A stretch of DNA of 64,000 nucleotides from Amoebidium appalachense (lineage: Eukaryota > Protista > Ichthyosporea), in contig CAVNZM010000002.1 in the NCBI GenBank assembly GCA_963693365.1, forward strand, positions 13,797,615 through 13,861,614. The letters are read 5' to 3'. Below, one piece after another: positions 39,368 through 63,856 of this stretch (its first letter is position 1; each line of letters starts with the position of its first letter). The notes beneath the pieces are model-generated. The model saw only the letters and a program-made list of their open reading frames with translations. It made no database searches and was not told the origin of the DNA. The position numbers were made by a program, and so were the translations under genes.

Positions 39368-40056
39368 TATTGTTGCTTACATGGTATGTTTTTGTTTTTC
39401 ACTTCGCAATGGATTTTAAAACCCTAATGATCCATTATTTCCTTCACTAAGTTAAAGACTTCATGACTGACAGTAATTGTTCGTTCATTTGCCTCATAAC
39501 CTTTTTGATAATTTAATACGATGTTCGGTGAAGATATTATTCCAGGACCAAAAGTTGAAAAAGGGGACATTCTGGACTGTGGAAAAGGTAAAACTTTTGG
39601 TGGAGTTTAGGGGACTCGCCATCAGTTTTACCGTGGAACGATCACTACGTATACGGCCCCGGTATTTTGAAGTTTTCACAAACAAGACCAGTGTGAAGGG
39701 GAGTATTCCGTGTTTACAGATACGAAGTTGTGAAGTAGGATATGTGTACAGAAGTAGGTTGCGTGTACATATGGTTGCTGCAGTGGCTGATATCTACCCC
39801 CTACTAGCACGCCTGGCAATATACACGAAAGTAGCCAGCCTACACATCATAAATCAGCCACACATTTCTCCTTGATTTAACGAAACTAAATTCAAGTAAT
39901 TGTCATTTCCATGGCATCCCCTTCACCAAGGCCATAGAATCGCAAGCCGTCCTCAGAGCACCAGACAACTCAGAAAAACTCGTTGTGAGCTTGTCGTTCA
40001 GATTCCCAAAACGTCTCAACCATCTACTTATTTCTTCTCATTGCCAAGGAATAAAA

Positions 40057-52734
<12,678 letters not shown>

Positions 52735-53015
52735 ACCCCACGCAGGGGCCGTGGATTTGTGTTTACCCTTAAACGTAGCCCATTAAGTATTGATTGGGCT
52801 GTGTGGTGCATTAACCAAAGATAAACACTGACGTATCATGGCACCCGTCCCTTCACCAATTGCCGTATTTAGGCACCAAGTGGCGGCCAATGGGAACCGT
52901 GCATTACACGGTGTGCAGCCACTCGTCTGTCGATGGACATGGCGGGATACTTGGACCTGCAGGGTGAGGCAAAGCCTGTTAAAGGTGTGTGTCTGTGGAT
53001 TTTTTCTTGGTGGTT

Positions 53016-53046
<31 letters not shown>

Positions 53047-54226
53047 TGTGTGCGCATGCGTGCGTGCGTGCGTGTGCGCATGCGTGCGTGCGTGCGTGCG
53101 TGCGTGGTGTATGAGTGTACAGTGTGGACTGGATATGGGCACCAGCTGCAGGTCGGACGGGCACTTTTGGAGGTGCCCATATCCAGATGTGCCGATATCC
53201 AGATGTTTAGGGAGATATATTCGATCTGTGGTTTAGGGGGCCAACTTGCGCAAATTGCGCAAGCGCACTGTCAGGTCGCACACGTGGGGGACACACAGCA
53301 CACAGTTCGGTGCAGTGAACGTTTTGAAACGTGGAGGGCACTGTTGGTGGTGGTGAGGATTGTCAGGCGAGGTTAGGGACAATTTCGTTTTCGTTGATTT
53401 CGTTTTTGTAGCTGTCTGCATGTTTTCCTGCATAACCCTTTCTCCTGACACACACACTCACACTGCCACCCGCAGATAAACTGCATCAACACGCGGACTT
53501 ATGGTCTGTTTAGCATCCCGCTTGTGTGGTCTTCCCTCCCCTTGAAACCAGAAAACATTGACTGGGCAGATGTGCCTTTGTTCCTGCCGACATGAGGGCG
53601 GCCATAGTGCAGCATTTGTTTCATTAGTGGTTGGCTGTGCCACTGGTGGGCCTGGTGCCAGAGAAATGCACATCACGTTGTCCATCATGAATGCTTATGA
53701 GTCGATGCTTTCTGGCAGCCCCCCCCCCCCCCCCCCCCCTGCGGGCACACACACACACACACACACAAACACGCAAACTGATCGCCATGGTGAATGTCTT
53801 GTGGGGCAATTCCTCCTGGCAGCGCATACAGTGCGCAAGGACCCCTTCCCCCAGCCCCTCCCCCCCGGCCCCACGCACATACAGACACATACACACACTC
53901 AGCTTCGACTTCCCGTGTTATGCCCCCCAGCCCCCCCTTCCCCTCTTACACACACAATTAGCTTCCCCTGCGCGCCCCCCCCCCCCCCCCCCCCCCCTCC
54001 CCCCCCCCCCTCCCCCCCCAATCACCACACACACACACCCACACACACCCACACACAAACTGATAGCTGTACGTGGATGTTATTATGAGTCCATGCCTCG
54101 TGCCAGCCCCTGCCGTGCGCGCAGCCCCTTTCCCTTCCCCCCCCCTTACCCCCCCACCCTGCCCTTTTCCCTGGCCTCACGCACACGCACACACACATCC
54201 ATACACAGCTTCGAACTCCTCTACCA

Positions 54227-54257
<31 letters not shown>

Positions 54258-54382
54258 CACCCTTGTGCGCACACGACACACGCACCCCCTTTTCCCTTTC
54301 TGTTACTTTCGTTGAAAAAGTGACAGGGTTAATCACGTGAAAGCCATTGGAATTTAAATCGACTTGTAGTAATGTAAGATCT

Positions 54383-54659
54383 ATGTACGTTTCATATGCG
54401 CAGCAGATGAAAGATGTTTCACGGATCACTTCGGGCGCAGGCAGCCGGGCGGCCCATGACGTCACGGGCCGCGGCGCCAGGCGCAGCCGCAGCGGCGGCT
54501 GACATCGGTCTGGCGCAGCGCCTGACGTCAGGCGCCACCAGCGCCGGTATTTCCGGCGCAGCACACTGCAGATGCAGGCCACCTTCGTTTTCGCCGTGTG
54601 CTGCACGTACGGTTTTTGTTAGCACGATTGCGTTTTCGGTGGCTAGCACACGGCGGCTC
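54383..54659 (+). repeat. Terminal repeat A1
   Basis: 277 bp, apparently identical to 59464-59740. Confidence 0.95.
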
Positions 54660-54663
54660 AAGT

Positions 54664-54736
54664 ATGGAAGTAGACCCAACAGACAATGGCCCTGCAGCAC
54701 AGGCAGGGCAGGAGGCGCGCCCTCCTGTGCAGGACG

Positions 54737-54799
<63 letters not shown>

Positions 54800-55859
54800 T
54801 TGCCCTGACCCCTGAGCTGGCAGCGACCATTCGCATGTTTGCTTCTGAGGTGGCCAACGCGACCCGTCAGGCCCTGCAGGCCAGCCCGGCCCCCCCTTCC
54901 CAGCAAGATCTTCTCCTGCGCGCCTTCCCCCACCTCGTCAACCTTGGCGGGGGCGGAACCGGTAGGAACCCCCCTGTCACGGGGCCCCCTGCCGCTGCGG
55001 CGGGGGCCGTGGATGCTGTAGAGCAACCCCCCGGCAACGCCAACAAGCGCCCCCGTGAGGAGGACCCTCAGGGTGGCGACATGCACCAGCTGCCTCCGCC
55101 GCCCAATGCCCTGCAACTGGCCGTTTGGGGGGCCAGCCAGCGCAGCCAGTCGAACCCACCCTGCCCCCACCTGTCCCCGGAGGTCCGGGGGCTGCCATCT
55201 TCGAGCCTATGCAGCATTTCGCTTTACTCGACCTGCTGCCGCCCACGGGCTCTTCTGTCCACACGCAGCGCCAGCCGGTTTCCCTGCCTGGCCTGCCTGC
55301 TGGCACGGTTGTGCTGCAGACGCCTGGCACCCAGCGCCAGCCCGCCCTGTGCCCGGACCTGCAGACCTACCTGCGCTGCATCTTGCAGCTGCTACGCCTA
55401 CGCATCAACGCCGACGCCCCCGTCACGGCCCTGCTGGCCCACGCCGAGTTTGTGGCCACTGAGTTGGCACCCGAGTACCAGTGGGCTGCCATCATGCGCT
55501 GGGAGGATGCACACCGCCGGTCGTGCGCTGCCTCTGGCCGCCCACTCGACGCACCCGACGCTGTGCAGCTGGCCGTGTCCCTGTCTGGTGCCCGCCTGCA
55601 CCAGGCTCCCACCGCTCCCCGCACACCCCGGCAGCCTGCCTCTGGGGGGGCCACAGCCAGCCCTCGCGCCAGCCCGGCCCCTGCTGCGGATGAGATATGC
55701 CGGGGCTTCAACACGGCCAAGGGCTGCACCAGGAAGGGACCCAACCCTTGCCGCTACAAGCACGCCTGCCTGAAGTGCGGCTCAGCGGCGCACGGCGCAC
55801 ACGCCTGCCCTCCCAACCCAGCCAACGGGGCGGGGGAAGGGGGGGCCAACCCGGCTTAG
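54664..55859 (+). CDS. gag: Gag-like ORF1 with polyQ and C-terminal CCCH/CCHC zinc fingers; 1-nt frameshift in the G6 run at about 55127-55132
   Basis: MEVDPTD..Qn..NKRPRE, then after the shift YQWAAIMRWEDAHRR and ICRGFNTAKGCTRKGPNPCRYKHACLKCGSAAHGAHAC. Confidence 0.8.
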
Positions 55860-57577
55860 GGGGCCCAGCCCCCTTTCGGGCAGGGGCTGACGTCCGCGCT
55901 GGGCCTGCCCTCTCCGTTGCCCTGCGGGGCCCATGGTCGCCCCCCCCAGCGGCACCACCACAGACCGTATCTGTCCCCAACTTCCGCCGTTTGTTTGAGT
56001 TGTTTCCGCACCCCGACAGTGCGTTTCAGCAGGCTCTGCTCCGCGACTTAGAGCTGGGCTTCTCGGTCGGTTACTTCGGCGAGCGGGTCACCCGGGTGGG
56101 CCGAAACCACCCGTCCGCGCTGGCGGCCCGTGAGCAGCTTGCAGCCGACATTGCGAAGGAAGTGGCATGCGGCCACATCCTGGGCCCCTTCACCCGCGAC
56201 GAGATGGTGGCCCTTTATCCTTATTTTGTATCCTCGCCCCTCGGGGCAGTTCCCAAAAAGGGCGGCACGGGCGTCCGCCGCATCCACGACCTTTCCTTCC
56301 CGCGTGGCTCCAGTATCAACGATGGGGTCGATTACCCGGATCAGCTGGAGTACATCACCATCCGCACGGTGATGCAAACAGTAGCTCGGCTCGGCCAGGG
56401 CTGCTTCCTCGGGGCATACGACGTGAAGGGTGCCTTTCGTCACGGCCCGGTGCACCCAGACGACCAGCCACTGCTGTCGTTCCAGCTGCTAGGCGCGTTC
56501 TATGTGGAGACCCGCCTACCGTTTGGCTTGCGGTCCAGCCCAGCGTTCTGGGAACGCATAGCTCAGGCCCTGCAGCACTTCGCCCACGCCCTCAACGCCA
56601 CAGAGACACAGCATTTTGTGGACGACTTCTTTTTCGGCGGCCGTACGCTGCAAGAGTGCGCCTTCAACATGCTGGTGTTTCGGTGGGTGTGCTCGAAGGT
56701 GGGTGTTACGCTTGCCGACGACAAAGTGCAGCTGCCCTCACACACGCTCATCTACTCTGGGCTCGAGTGGGACACTCTGCGCATGGAGGCCCGCTTACCT
56801 GCCGTCAAGCTGACCGAGCTCCGGGCCCTGCTAGCCGATTGGCGGGGTCGCACCAAGGCCACTGTTCGAGACCTACGGTCCCTGTGCGGCAAGCTCATGT
56901 GGTGTGCTCAGGTTGTGGCGCTGGGGCGTGCCCGTGCCGTTCTTCAACGCTTGCTTCATCTGCTGGCGGAGGCTGAGAGGGCCGGCCTAGGGCCCCACCA
57001 CCACATCCGTGTCTGCGCCGACGCACGAGCCGACGTTGTGCTGTGGTCGGAGTTCCTCCCCGAGTGGAACGGCATACGTGTGCTTACCCCCCCCGTGCAT
57101 CACATGTTCACCACAGATGCGGCCGGCAGCATAGGATGCGGTGGCTACTGGGGTCAAGCGTGGTTTCACCTAGCATGGACGGACCATTGGCGCACGGTCA
57201 TTGCTGGCGGAGATGTGTGGGCTTCCGTGCTGTTTGAGCTGGCTGGCATTGCCGTGGCCCTGGCCTGTTGGGGTCCCAGCTGTCGCAACAGCCACATACG
57301 CGTGCTCACCGATAACGACGGTGCAGTATCTACGATCGCGTCCCGTCACTCCCCCGTCCCTGCCATTGCCCGGGTGCTGCGTCTCATCACGCTGATGGAA
57401 ATGCGCTACACGGTGCTGGTCTCGGCCAAGCACATCCCTGGCGTGGAAAACTCGATTGCGGATGCCATCTCGCGAGCACAGTGGGCCACTTTCGACCGGC
57501 TGCACCCGTGGCACGCACCAGTCCCAACACCCGTGCCTGAGTGGCTAGCGGGGTGGTTTGCTGCCCCTCTCTCGTGA
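55697..57577 (+). CDS. pol: Reverse transcriptase plus RNase H (DIRS/Ngaro type), overlapping the gag 3' end
   Basis: SSPLGAVPKK, RRIHDLSFPRGSSIND, YDVKGAF, RLPFGLRSSP, HFVDDFF, FTTDAAGSIGCGG, ELAGI, TDND, HIPGVENSIADAISR. Confidence 0.95.
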   Translation: MPGLQHGQGLHQEGTQPLPLQARLPEVRLSGARRTRLPSQPSQRGGGRGGQPGLGGPAPFRAGADVRAGPALSVALRGPWSPPPAAPPQTVSVPNFRRLFELFPHPDSAFQQALLRDLELGFSVGYFGERVTRVGRNHPSALAAREQLAADIAKEVACGHILGPFTRDEMVALYPYFVSSPLGAVPKKGGTGVRRIHDLSFPRGSSINDGVDYPDQLEYITIRTVMQTVARLGQGCFLGAYDVKGAFRHGPVHPDDQPLLSFQLLGAFYVETRLPFGLRSSPAFWERIAQALQHFAHALNATETQHFVDDFFFGGRTLQECAFNMLVFRWVCSKVGVTLADDKVQLPSHTLIYSGLEWDTLRMEARLPAVKLTELRALLADWRGRTKATVRDLRSLCGKLMWCAQVVALGRARAVLQRLLHLLAEAERAGLGPHHHIRVCADARADVVLWSEFLPEWNGIRVLTPPVHHMFTTDAAGSIGCGGYWGQAWFHLAWTDHWRTVIAGGDVWASVLFELAGIAVALACWGPSCRNSHIRVLTDNDGAVSTIASRHSPVPAIARVLRLITLMEMRYTVLVSAKHIPGVENSIADAISRAQWATFDRLHPWHAPVPTPVPEWLAGWFAAPLS

Positions 57578-58203
57578 TGGGGCTGGGCCGAGCCCCCTCC
57601 CCTGTTCCTTTGCCTTCGTATTGGGCTTGGCGTGTGGGTTGTGGGGGGCACCGACACCCCCCCTTCCCCCCTTCCCACTTTGTATATCGCACGAGTCATG
57701 TTCTGCAGCGGCGGCCGGGGCCGGCCCCCCCCCACTACACGAATTCGCTCGGATTCCCTCACTCACCCGGTGGAGTGTTTGGGACAATACATTACGGTCT
57801 TACGGTGTACACACGGTGTGCCTCTTTGTTCTGTGCTGGCCCGCAGTGCCAACTGCTTGTGGCGTGTCCTGCCCCCCCCCCCCCCCCCCCCCCCCCTCCT
57901 TCCCTCCCCCAACCCCCCCAACCCACACATGCTCATACACACCCACACACTAGCGCACACACACGCACGCCTACACCGCGGCTTGTGCGCGCATACCCCC
58001 CCCTCCCCTTCCCCCGCCCTCCCTGCCAGCGCTGCATGCATCCTCTGCCCTTTAGCTACGCCCCCCCCCCCCCCCCCCCCTCCCCCCCCTTGTTTGCCTG
58101 CCTGTGCACCCGCTTGCCTGCCGCCCACCCCGCTCGTTGCCTTTACCCCCCCCCCCCCCCCTGGGACTCTAGGCATGATGCTCACACAGCTCTGTCCCTG
58201 CAG

Positions 58204-59321
58204 GTGGCTTGCTCCCCTTTGGTGGCGACCATGGTAGGCTTGCCCAGTGGTTCACCCCCGAGGTTTTGGCCCGTGTCCCGGAGGTGGCCCGCACCATCAC
58301 TCGGCTGTCAGTGGGCGACAGCACGGAGTCCTCCTACTCGTCCTACCAGCGCCAGTTTATCGACTTCATCTACGCAATGGACTGCCGCAATCCTGATGGT
58401 GGCTACCTGCCAGCCTGCCCAGCCCAAGTGCAGCTGTTCCTTGCCTGGTGCGCCATGCGTGCGGTGCAAGCCCGGACCATGCCCAGCATCGTCTCCGCCG
58501 TCAACAGCCTGCACCGCAGCTTGGGCATGGCACCACCAGCGGGCTCCGGCCAGCAGAGCCTTCAGTGGTTTATCCGCGGGGCTGGCCGCTTCCTGCTGCT
58601 GGAAGGCAGCCACCGGCCCAAACGAGTGCTCGAGCCCCTCCTCCCAGCCGACCTCCGCGCCCTCCTCCCAGTCATCCAACCGGGCTCTTCATTGGAGGCC
58701 CTGCGTCTGTGGGCTGCCCTGCTGCTTGGCAGCTCGTGCCTCCTGCGCTCGGGCGAGTTCACGTCCAAATCTGCGGCCAAGTTCAACCCCCTCCTTCACG
58801 CCAAGCGTCGCGACGTCCAGCTCCTATGGCAGGATGACCGCCTGATTGGGGCAACAGTCTTCCTGCCGACATCTAAGACCGACCCCACGGGCAAGGGTGT
58901 TACCATCCGGGTGCCCGCCTTCCCGGAGGAGCCTTCCTTCTGCCCAGCAGCCAATCTAGCCCTCTTCCTGGGGGTCTCGTCAACCAGGGCAGGCATCCAC
59001 CCAGATGCACCCCTGTTCAGCGTCGACGGCAGCCCTTACGTCAAGAGCACCTTCATCGCCGGTTTCCGCACAGCTCTACACCATGCGGGCTACGACCCCG
59101 ACCGGTACGCCGGCCACAGCCTGCGCATAGGGGGGGCCACTGCAGCTGAGAGAGCGGGCCTACCTGACGCCACCATCAAAGCCCTTGGCCGCTGGGCATC
59201 AGACGCAGTCATGGTCTACATCCGGCTGCCCCACCGCGACGTGCAAGCCTCCATTGCCACCGTCTGGTCACACCAGGGCCTCGCCACGGGACCTTGGGGC
59301 GGACCCCCTACATCGCAGTAG
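58204..59321 (+). CDS. Tyrosine recombinase exon (no initiating ATG; begins at a splice acceptor)
   Basis: LLRSGEF, SKTDP, GHSLRIGGAT, LGRWASDAVMVYIR supply the R-K-H-R-W-Y catalytic set; preceded by CTCTGTCCCTGCAG. Confidence 0.93.
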
Positions 59322-59331
59322 GGGGGCCTTG

Positions 59332-59986
59332 TGGTGCGGGGGGGGCTCATGGCATGGACCCCCCCTGGCGGCCCCCGCCTCGGCCAGCCCCTTGGGTGCA
59401 GGCACGACGGCCTGCACTCCACGGACACGGGGGGCATGAGGCAAGCACGAGTGAGTGATGTGAATGTACGTTTCATATGCGCAGCAGATGAAAGATGTTT
59501 CACGGATCACTTCGGGCGCAGGCAGCCGGGCGGCCCATGACGTCACGGGCCGCGGCGCCAGGCGCAGCCGCAGCGGCGGCTGACATCGGTCTGGCGCAGC
59601 GCCTGACGTCAGGCGCCACCAGCGCCGGTATTTCCGGCGCAGCACACTGCAGATGCAGGCCACCTTCGTTTTCGCCGTGTGCTGCACGTACGGTTTTTGT
59701 TAGCACGATTGCGTTTTCGGTGGCTAGCACACGGCGGCTCCCACCCACCCACCTCTCAGTCTGTATACACGACGGTGTACGTATGCGACTGTGACTGGCT
59801 CACAGCCCGATTGCAGCGGCAATAAAGCATGTCGAGGCGGGGCCCAGCCCCGGCTGGTGCGGGGGGGCTCATGGCATGGACCCCCCCTGGCGGCCCCCGC
59901 CTCGGCCAGCCCCTTGGGTGCAGGCACGACGGCCTGCACTCCACGGACACGGGGGGCATGAGGCAAGCACGAGTGAGTGATGTGAA
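59332..59986 (+). repeat. 3' repeat block B1-A2-spacer-B2
   Basis: B1 and B2 differ by one G; a 114-bp unique spacer 59741-59854 contains AATAAA at 59821. Confidence 0.92.
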
Positions 59987-60016
59987 GGCATTAATACACA
60001 TGCGCAGTCGGAAGCC

Positions 60017-60047
<31 letters not shown>

Positions 60048-60548
60048 CACCAATGGCATGGCCATGGGCGATGTTTGATATGACTAGACTGGCTAGGTTG
60101 CGCAAACACAGGCTAGCCTACATATACGCACATTGACGTCACGCGATAGTTGTTACTGACCAGTCTATTGGTCGATAGCGCACCAGTTGCATGAGCCATG
60201 ACGGCAGGCCGTTGTTTTCTTTTTTTTTTTTTTTTTTTTTTTTTCCCATCATGAAAAGGCGTTGAGGAAGCGACGGTGCATGTTTCTGTGCTGCTCTTGG
60301 CGGCGATAGAGAGGCCAAAGCCAGGACTTGTACAAACGTGCCGGTTTTCCATTTTGGGAGATGTCTTAATACTACGCTACAAATTAGGTTAACTAAGCCT
60401 ATGTTTTTCGAAGGCCTTGTTTAATCAGTTCATAGTACATATTTGCCATTTGAATTCTTGCTTGGGACATGTGTGCTTATCGGACGTTAAAGAGTTATGG
60501 TGAAGCAGGCGTCAAACAACTTGTATTAGGTTGAAGCAAGCATCAAAC

Positions 60549-60999
60549 ATGGCTTATCCTTTTACAGCCAAACACCGCCTAGAGCTGGAGCTTGCCAATA
60601 TCCACAGTCTACCCCCCGTAAGGGGATTGGAAGTAGTAGCAAAGGATGGCAACGTGTTTAAGTGGGTCGGGGTGAGGAAAGGCGAAGGAAACAAAGAATT
60701 GGCAAAGATAAATGGAGCTATTGAAAAGCCGAGCAGAAAGCGAACGCCGTGGTGTGCCTGTGATGTGAAGGTGTGATATACCTCTATCCCCTGCTTTGAA
60801 TTCTCCCCCACACCCTGCTACAAGAGCATAGTCATTACATCGAACACGCATTTTTTGCTCTTTTCTTCTTGTCCTCTCCTTCCACCCTCCCACCTGTCTC
60901 GCCTCTCTCTCTCGTCTAAGCCTGATTGTCGTGCAATTACTCCTGACCACGCTTGTAGGGGTTCCCCCTTCTTCCTCCTTCCTCCCTCCCTTTCCTCCC

Positions 61000-61065
<66 letters not shown>

Positions 61066-62039
61066 TCCGCCCCCTCTTGTCCATTCCTTTTTTCCCGCCC
61101 CCTACTCTCCCCCTTTCCTCCCTCCCTCCCTCCCTCCCTCGCCCCCCTATTGACGTTCAGAGGAGGAGGAGATATGAAACGAAACAGGATCCTTCTTCAC
61201 GGCTTATCTATAGTTTGCCAGCGTCCTTGTCGCAAGTTTTGTATGTCCTTTAGCAGCCCCCTCCCCCCCCCCTCCCCCGTTCCCCATCCCTCTCTCCCTC
61301 CCTTTCCCACCCCCCCTTTTTTTCCAGGCGGCACCATTTTCCCCCTCCCCCACCCCCCACCCCTGGGGAGGGGAAGAGGGGTAGGAGGTGGGGGGGGGGG
61401 GGGGGGGGGGAGGGGGGGGGGGGAGGGATTGTTTATTTGTATGGTGGTAGTCTTTTGGAAAGAAGGAAAGGTGCGATAATAAGTGTAGGGCACGACAAGG
61501 GTGGGTGGGGGAGGGGGAGGGGGGGGAGGGAGAAGGGGCAAGCTGCAGTGCAGCTGAGGCAGCATCGACCCTAGAGAAGGAGGGAATGGGGAGGGAGTAC
61601 GGGGGAGGGGAAGGGGGGAGGGGGGGGGGAAGAGAAGGGTGTTGGGCAACTGGATTCCTAACACAATTTTCTTTTGCAGTTTGAGATAGATTTCCCGGAA
61701 GATTACCCGAACGAGCCACCTGTTGTAACCTTCACTCCGCCCATATTCCACATGAATGTTACCCCCCGAGGAAGGATGTGTGTGGATTTTCTTGACCCGA
61801 ATGTCGAACGCGATGAGATTTCTCCCCATGGGCGGAAGGACTTTAGCAAACGTGGCTGGCATAACACCATTACCGCACGGCAGATTCTCATCTCGCTTGA
61901 AGAGTTTTTGACGTCGCCAAATCCGGAAAAGTCAACGAACCCGGATGCGTTGTGCATTTGGGAGATGGAGGGAGAGAAGGAGTATTGGAGACAGGTGGAG
62001 GAGTGTTGCACGGAGCTGGCTCAGAAGCAAGGGAGATGA
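60549..62039 (+). CDS. Ubiquitin-conjugating enzyme E2 (first exon from 60549, last exon 61680-62039; middle exon(s) unresolved)
   Basis: AKHRLELEL..GNVFKW; FEIDFPEDYPNEPPVVTFTPPIFHMNVTPRGRMCVDFL; W....TARQILISLEEFLTSPNPEKSTNPDA. Confidence 0.88.
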
Positions 62040-62063
62040 CGTGGAACGGCTGTGTGTGTGTGT

Positions 62064-62096
<33 letters not shown>

Positions 62097-62475
62097 TCAA
62101 AGTGCATGAAAAACGCATTTGATTTGTACAAAGGGATATGGGACCGTAGGATGCACGTAAACCTTTTGCTAGCATTTTGATGTTGAAACAATGGTGCCAA
62201 ACTACACAAAAAGACATGAGGATGCCCACTTACACAAACGGGCACTTGTGACATGTGTGATGATGGCACACATGCTTACAAACAGACCCACGCTGGGAAA
62301 CTCGTACATATTTTTGCTGAGCTGTATATTCTTGGCACCAATCCGAATGCCTTTTATTATACCATGTCAGTATTACTGACGGGCGTTAGTATACCATGTG
62401 CAAGCAAACATGTTGCGTGTGATTGAACACAAGCCCCGGATATAAAGCAGTCGAAGTATTCTCTGTTCCTTTTTT

Positions 62476-62506
<31 letters not shown>

Positions 62507-63192
62507 GGGGATGAGTTTCTACCCTTTCACATGAATGCACTGATTCCCCTTTTTTTTTCTCTTCCCATACGGGAAACATATGTTGCAAATATGATCTAAT
62601 TTTATCTTCTGTATGACCACCACGCAACAGCTTCCCGGTCCTAGTACTGATATCGAACTGAACCCTTTAAAGCTATCCCTGTGTGCCTAAATCCTCGAAT
62701 GAAAGCCCATAATTTAAGCCTAGAAAATGGCCCCCTCTCTTGATTCTCCGGCGTAATTTGGCATGCATTTCAGGCCTCCCCCCCCCCCCCCCCCCCCCCC
62801 CCCCTCCCCTCCCCCCTCCCCCCCATAACCTCCCTTTCAACCAAACAGGCACCTTCTGTCTTTCTTTGTATCCTTTAATCTCCCTCTATGCTGGTGCCCC
62901 CCTTCCTCAACCTCACCCCCCCCTCCCCCCCCCCTCCCCCCCTCCCCCTCCCTCCCCTCACTTCCCCCCCGCACCCACCCACCCTCTCCACCCTCCGCGT
63001 ACCCGTTCTTCACTCCCTCAAGACACACAAATGTCCTCATTTTCCTTTCTCTCGCATAAATGTATCCAAGGCTCTCTCGTCTCTTTATGTCGGTCTATTC
63101 CCCCCCTTCCCCCCCCCCCCTCCTTTTTTCGCTCCCCTCCGCCCTCTCACTCTCAATTCCTCTACCTTTCTGTTCCCAACCCCCCCCCCCCC

Positions 63193-63225
<33 letters not shown>

Positions 63226-63404
63226 TCGTTACAACCCCACGTGCAGTCCAGTCATTTTCAAGTTCTTCCCAAGGATTGGGCCCGGTTCTGTTATCGGATT
63301 CAATAAACGATATCTGTTGTATTAACTCCCCACCCCTTCAAAAAAAAATGAAAGAATATGAAAGAAAAAGGGGAACTTAAACAGAGAAAGAAAAGTAACG
63401 AAAG

Positions 63405-63467
<63 letters not shown>

Positions 63468-63482
63468 AAAAAAAGGAGGATT

Positions 63483-63710
63483 CTATAAGGAGCGAAGTGG
63501 GGGTCTATGAGTCTGCTGGATTGAACGATGACCTAGGGCTGCCCTCGTGTATTTCTGCCTTCGCTTATGCATACGTGTTAATTTGTTGGGTGGCCCGGTG
63601 GGCCCTGAATTCAGGGGGGGGGGGGGGGGGGGGGGGGGGAGGGGGGAGAAGTGATGATAACTGAAAACCACCTCAGTGCTTGAGTTCAGGGTGACACCAT
63701 TCACCCGATG

Positions 63711-63746
<36 letters not shown>

Positions 63747-63856
63747 ATCAGCGTATTACCTAGTGTTGTCTTCCTTTTTTTCTTTTTCTGCAGCTGGCAT
63801 ACTGGAAGTAGAAGGAGGCCCTTGAATGTCACAGACTCGATGCCACACAATTTCTG
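63483..63856 (-). CDS. Possible last two exons of an unidentified minus-strand gene entering from the right edge
   Basis: AG/GT-bounded open segments (about 63856-63760 and 63604-63483) in compatible phase; no motif recognised. Confidence 0.2.

Larger units (their letters stand above)
54383..59986 (+). mobile_element. Full-length Ngaro-type (DIRS order) tyrosine-recombinase retrotransposon with split direct repeats
   Basis: A1 54383-54659, B1 59332-59464, A2 59464-59740, B2 59855-59986; gag, RT/RNase H and YR ORFs; no adenine-methyltransferase domain after RNase H; no TSD. Confidence 0.93.

Noticed and set aside
39477-39875. 132-aa non-repetitive ORF upstream of the RTK
   Set aside because: Non-ATG start, no motif and no clear splice context
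53770-54230. Two diverged blocks starting AAACTGAT..., about 280 bp apart
   Set aside because: An old local duplication with no coding or structural signal I can support
57541-58845. 434-aa ORF bridging pol and YR
   Set aside because: Runs through C-homopolymers and the off-frame of YR; composition is not protein-like
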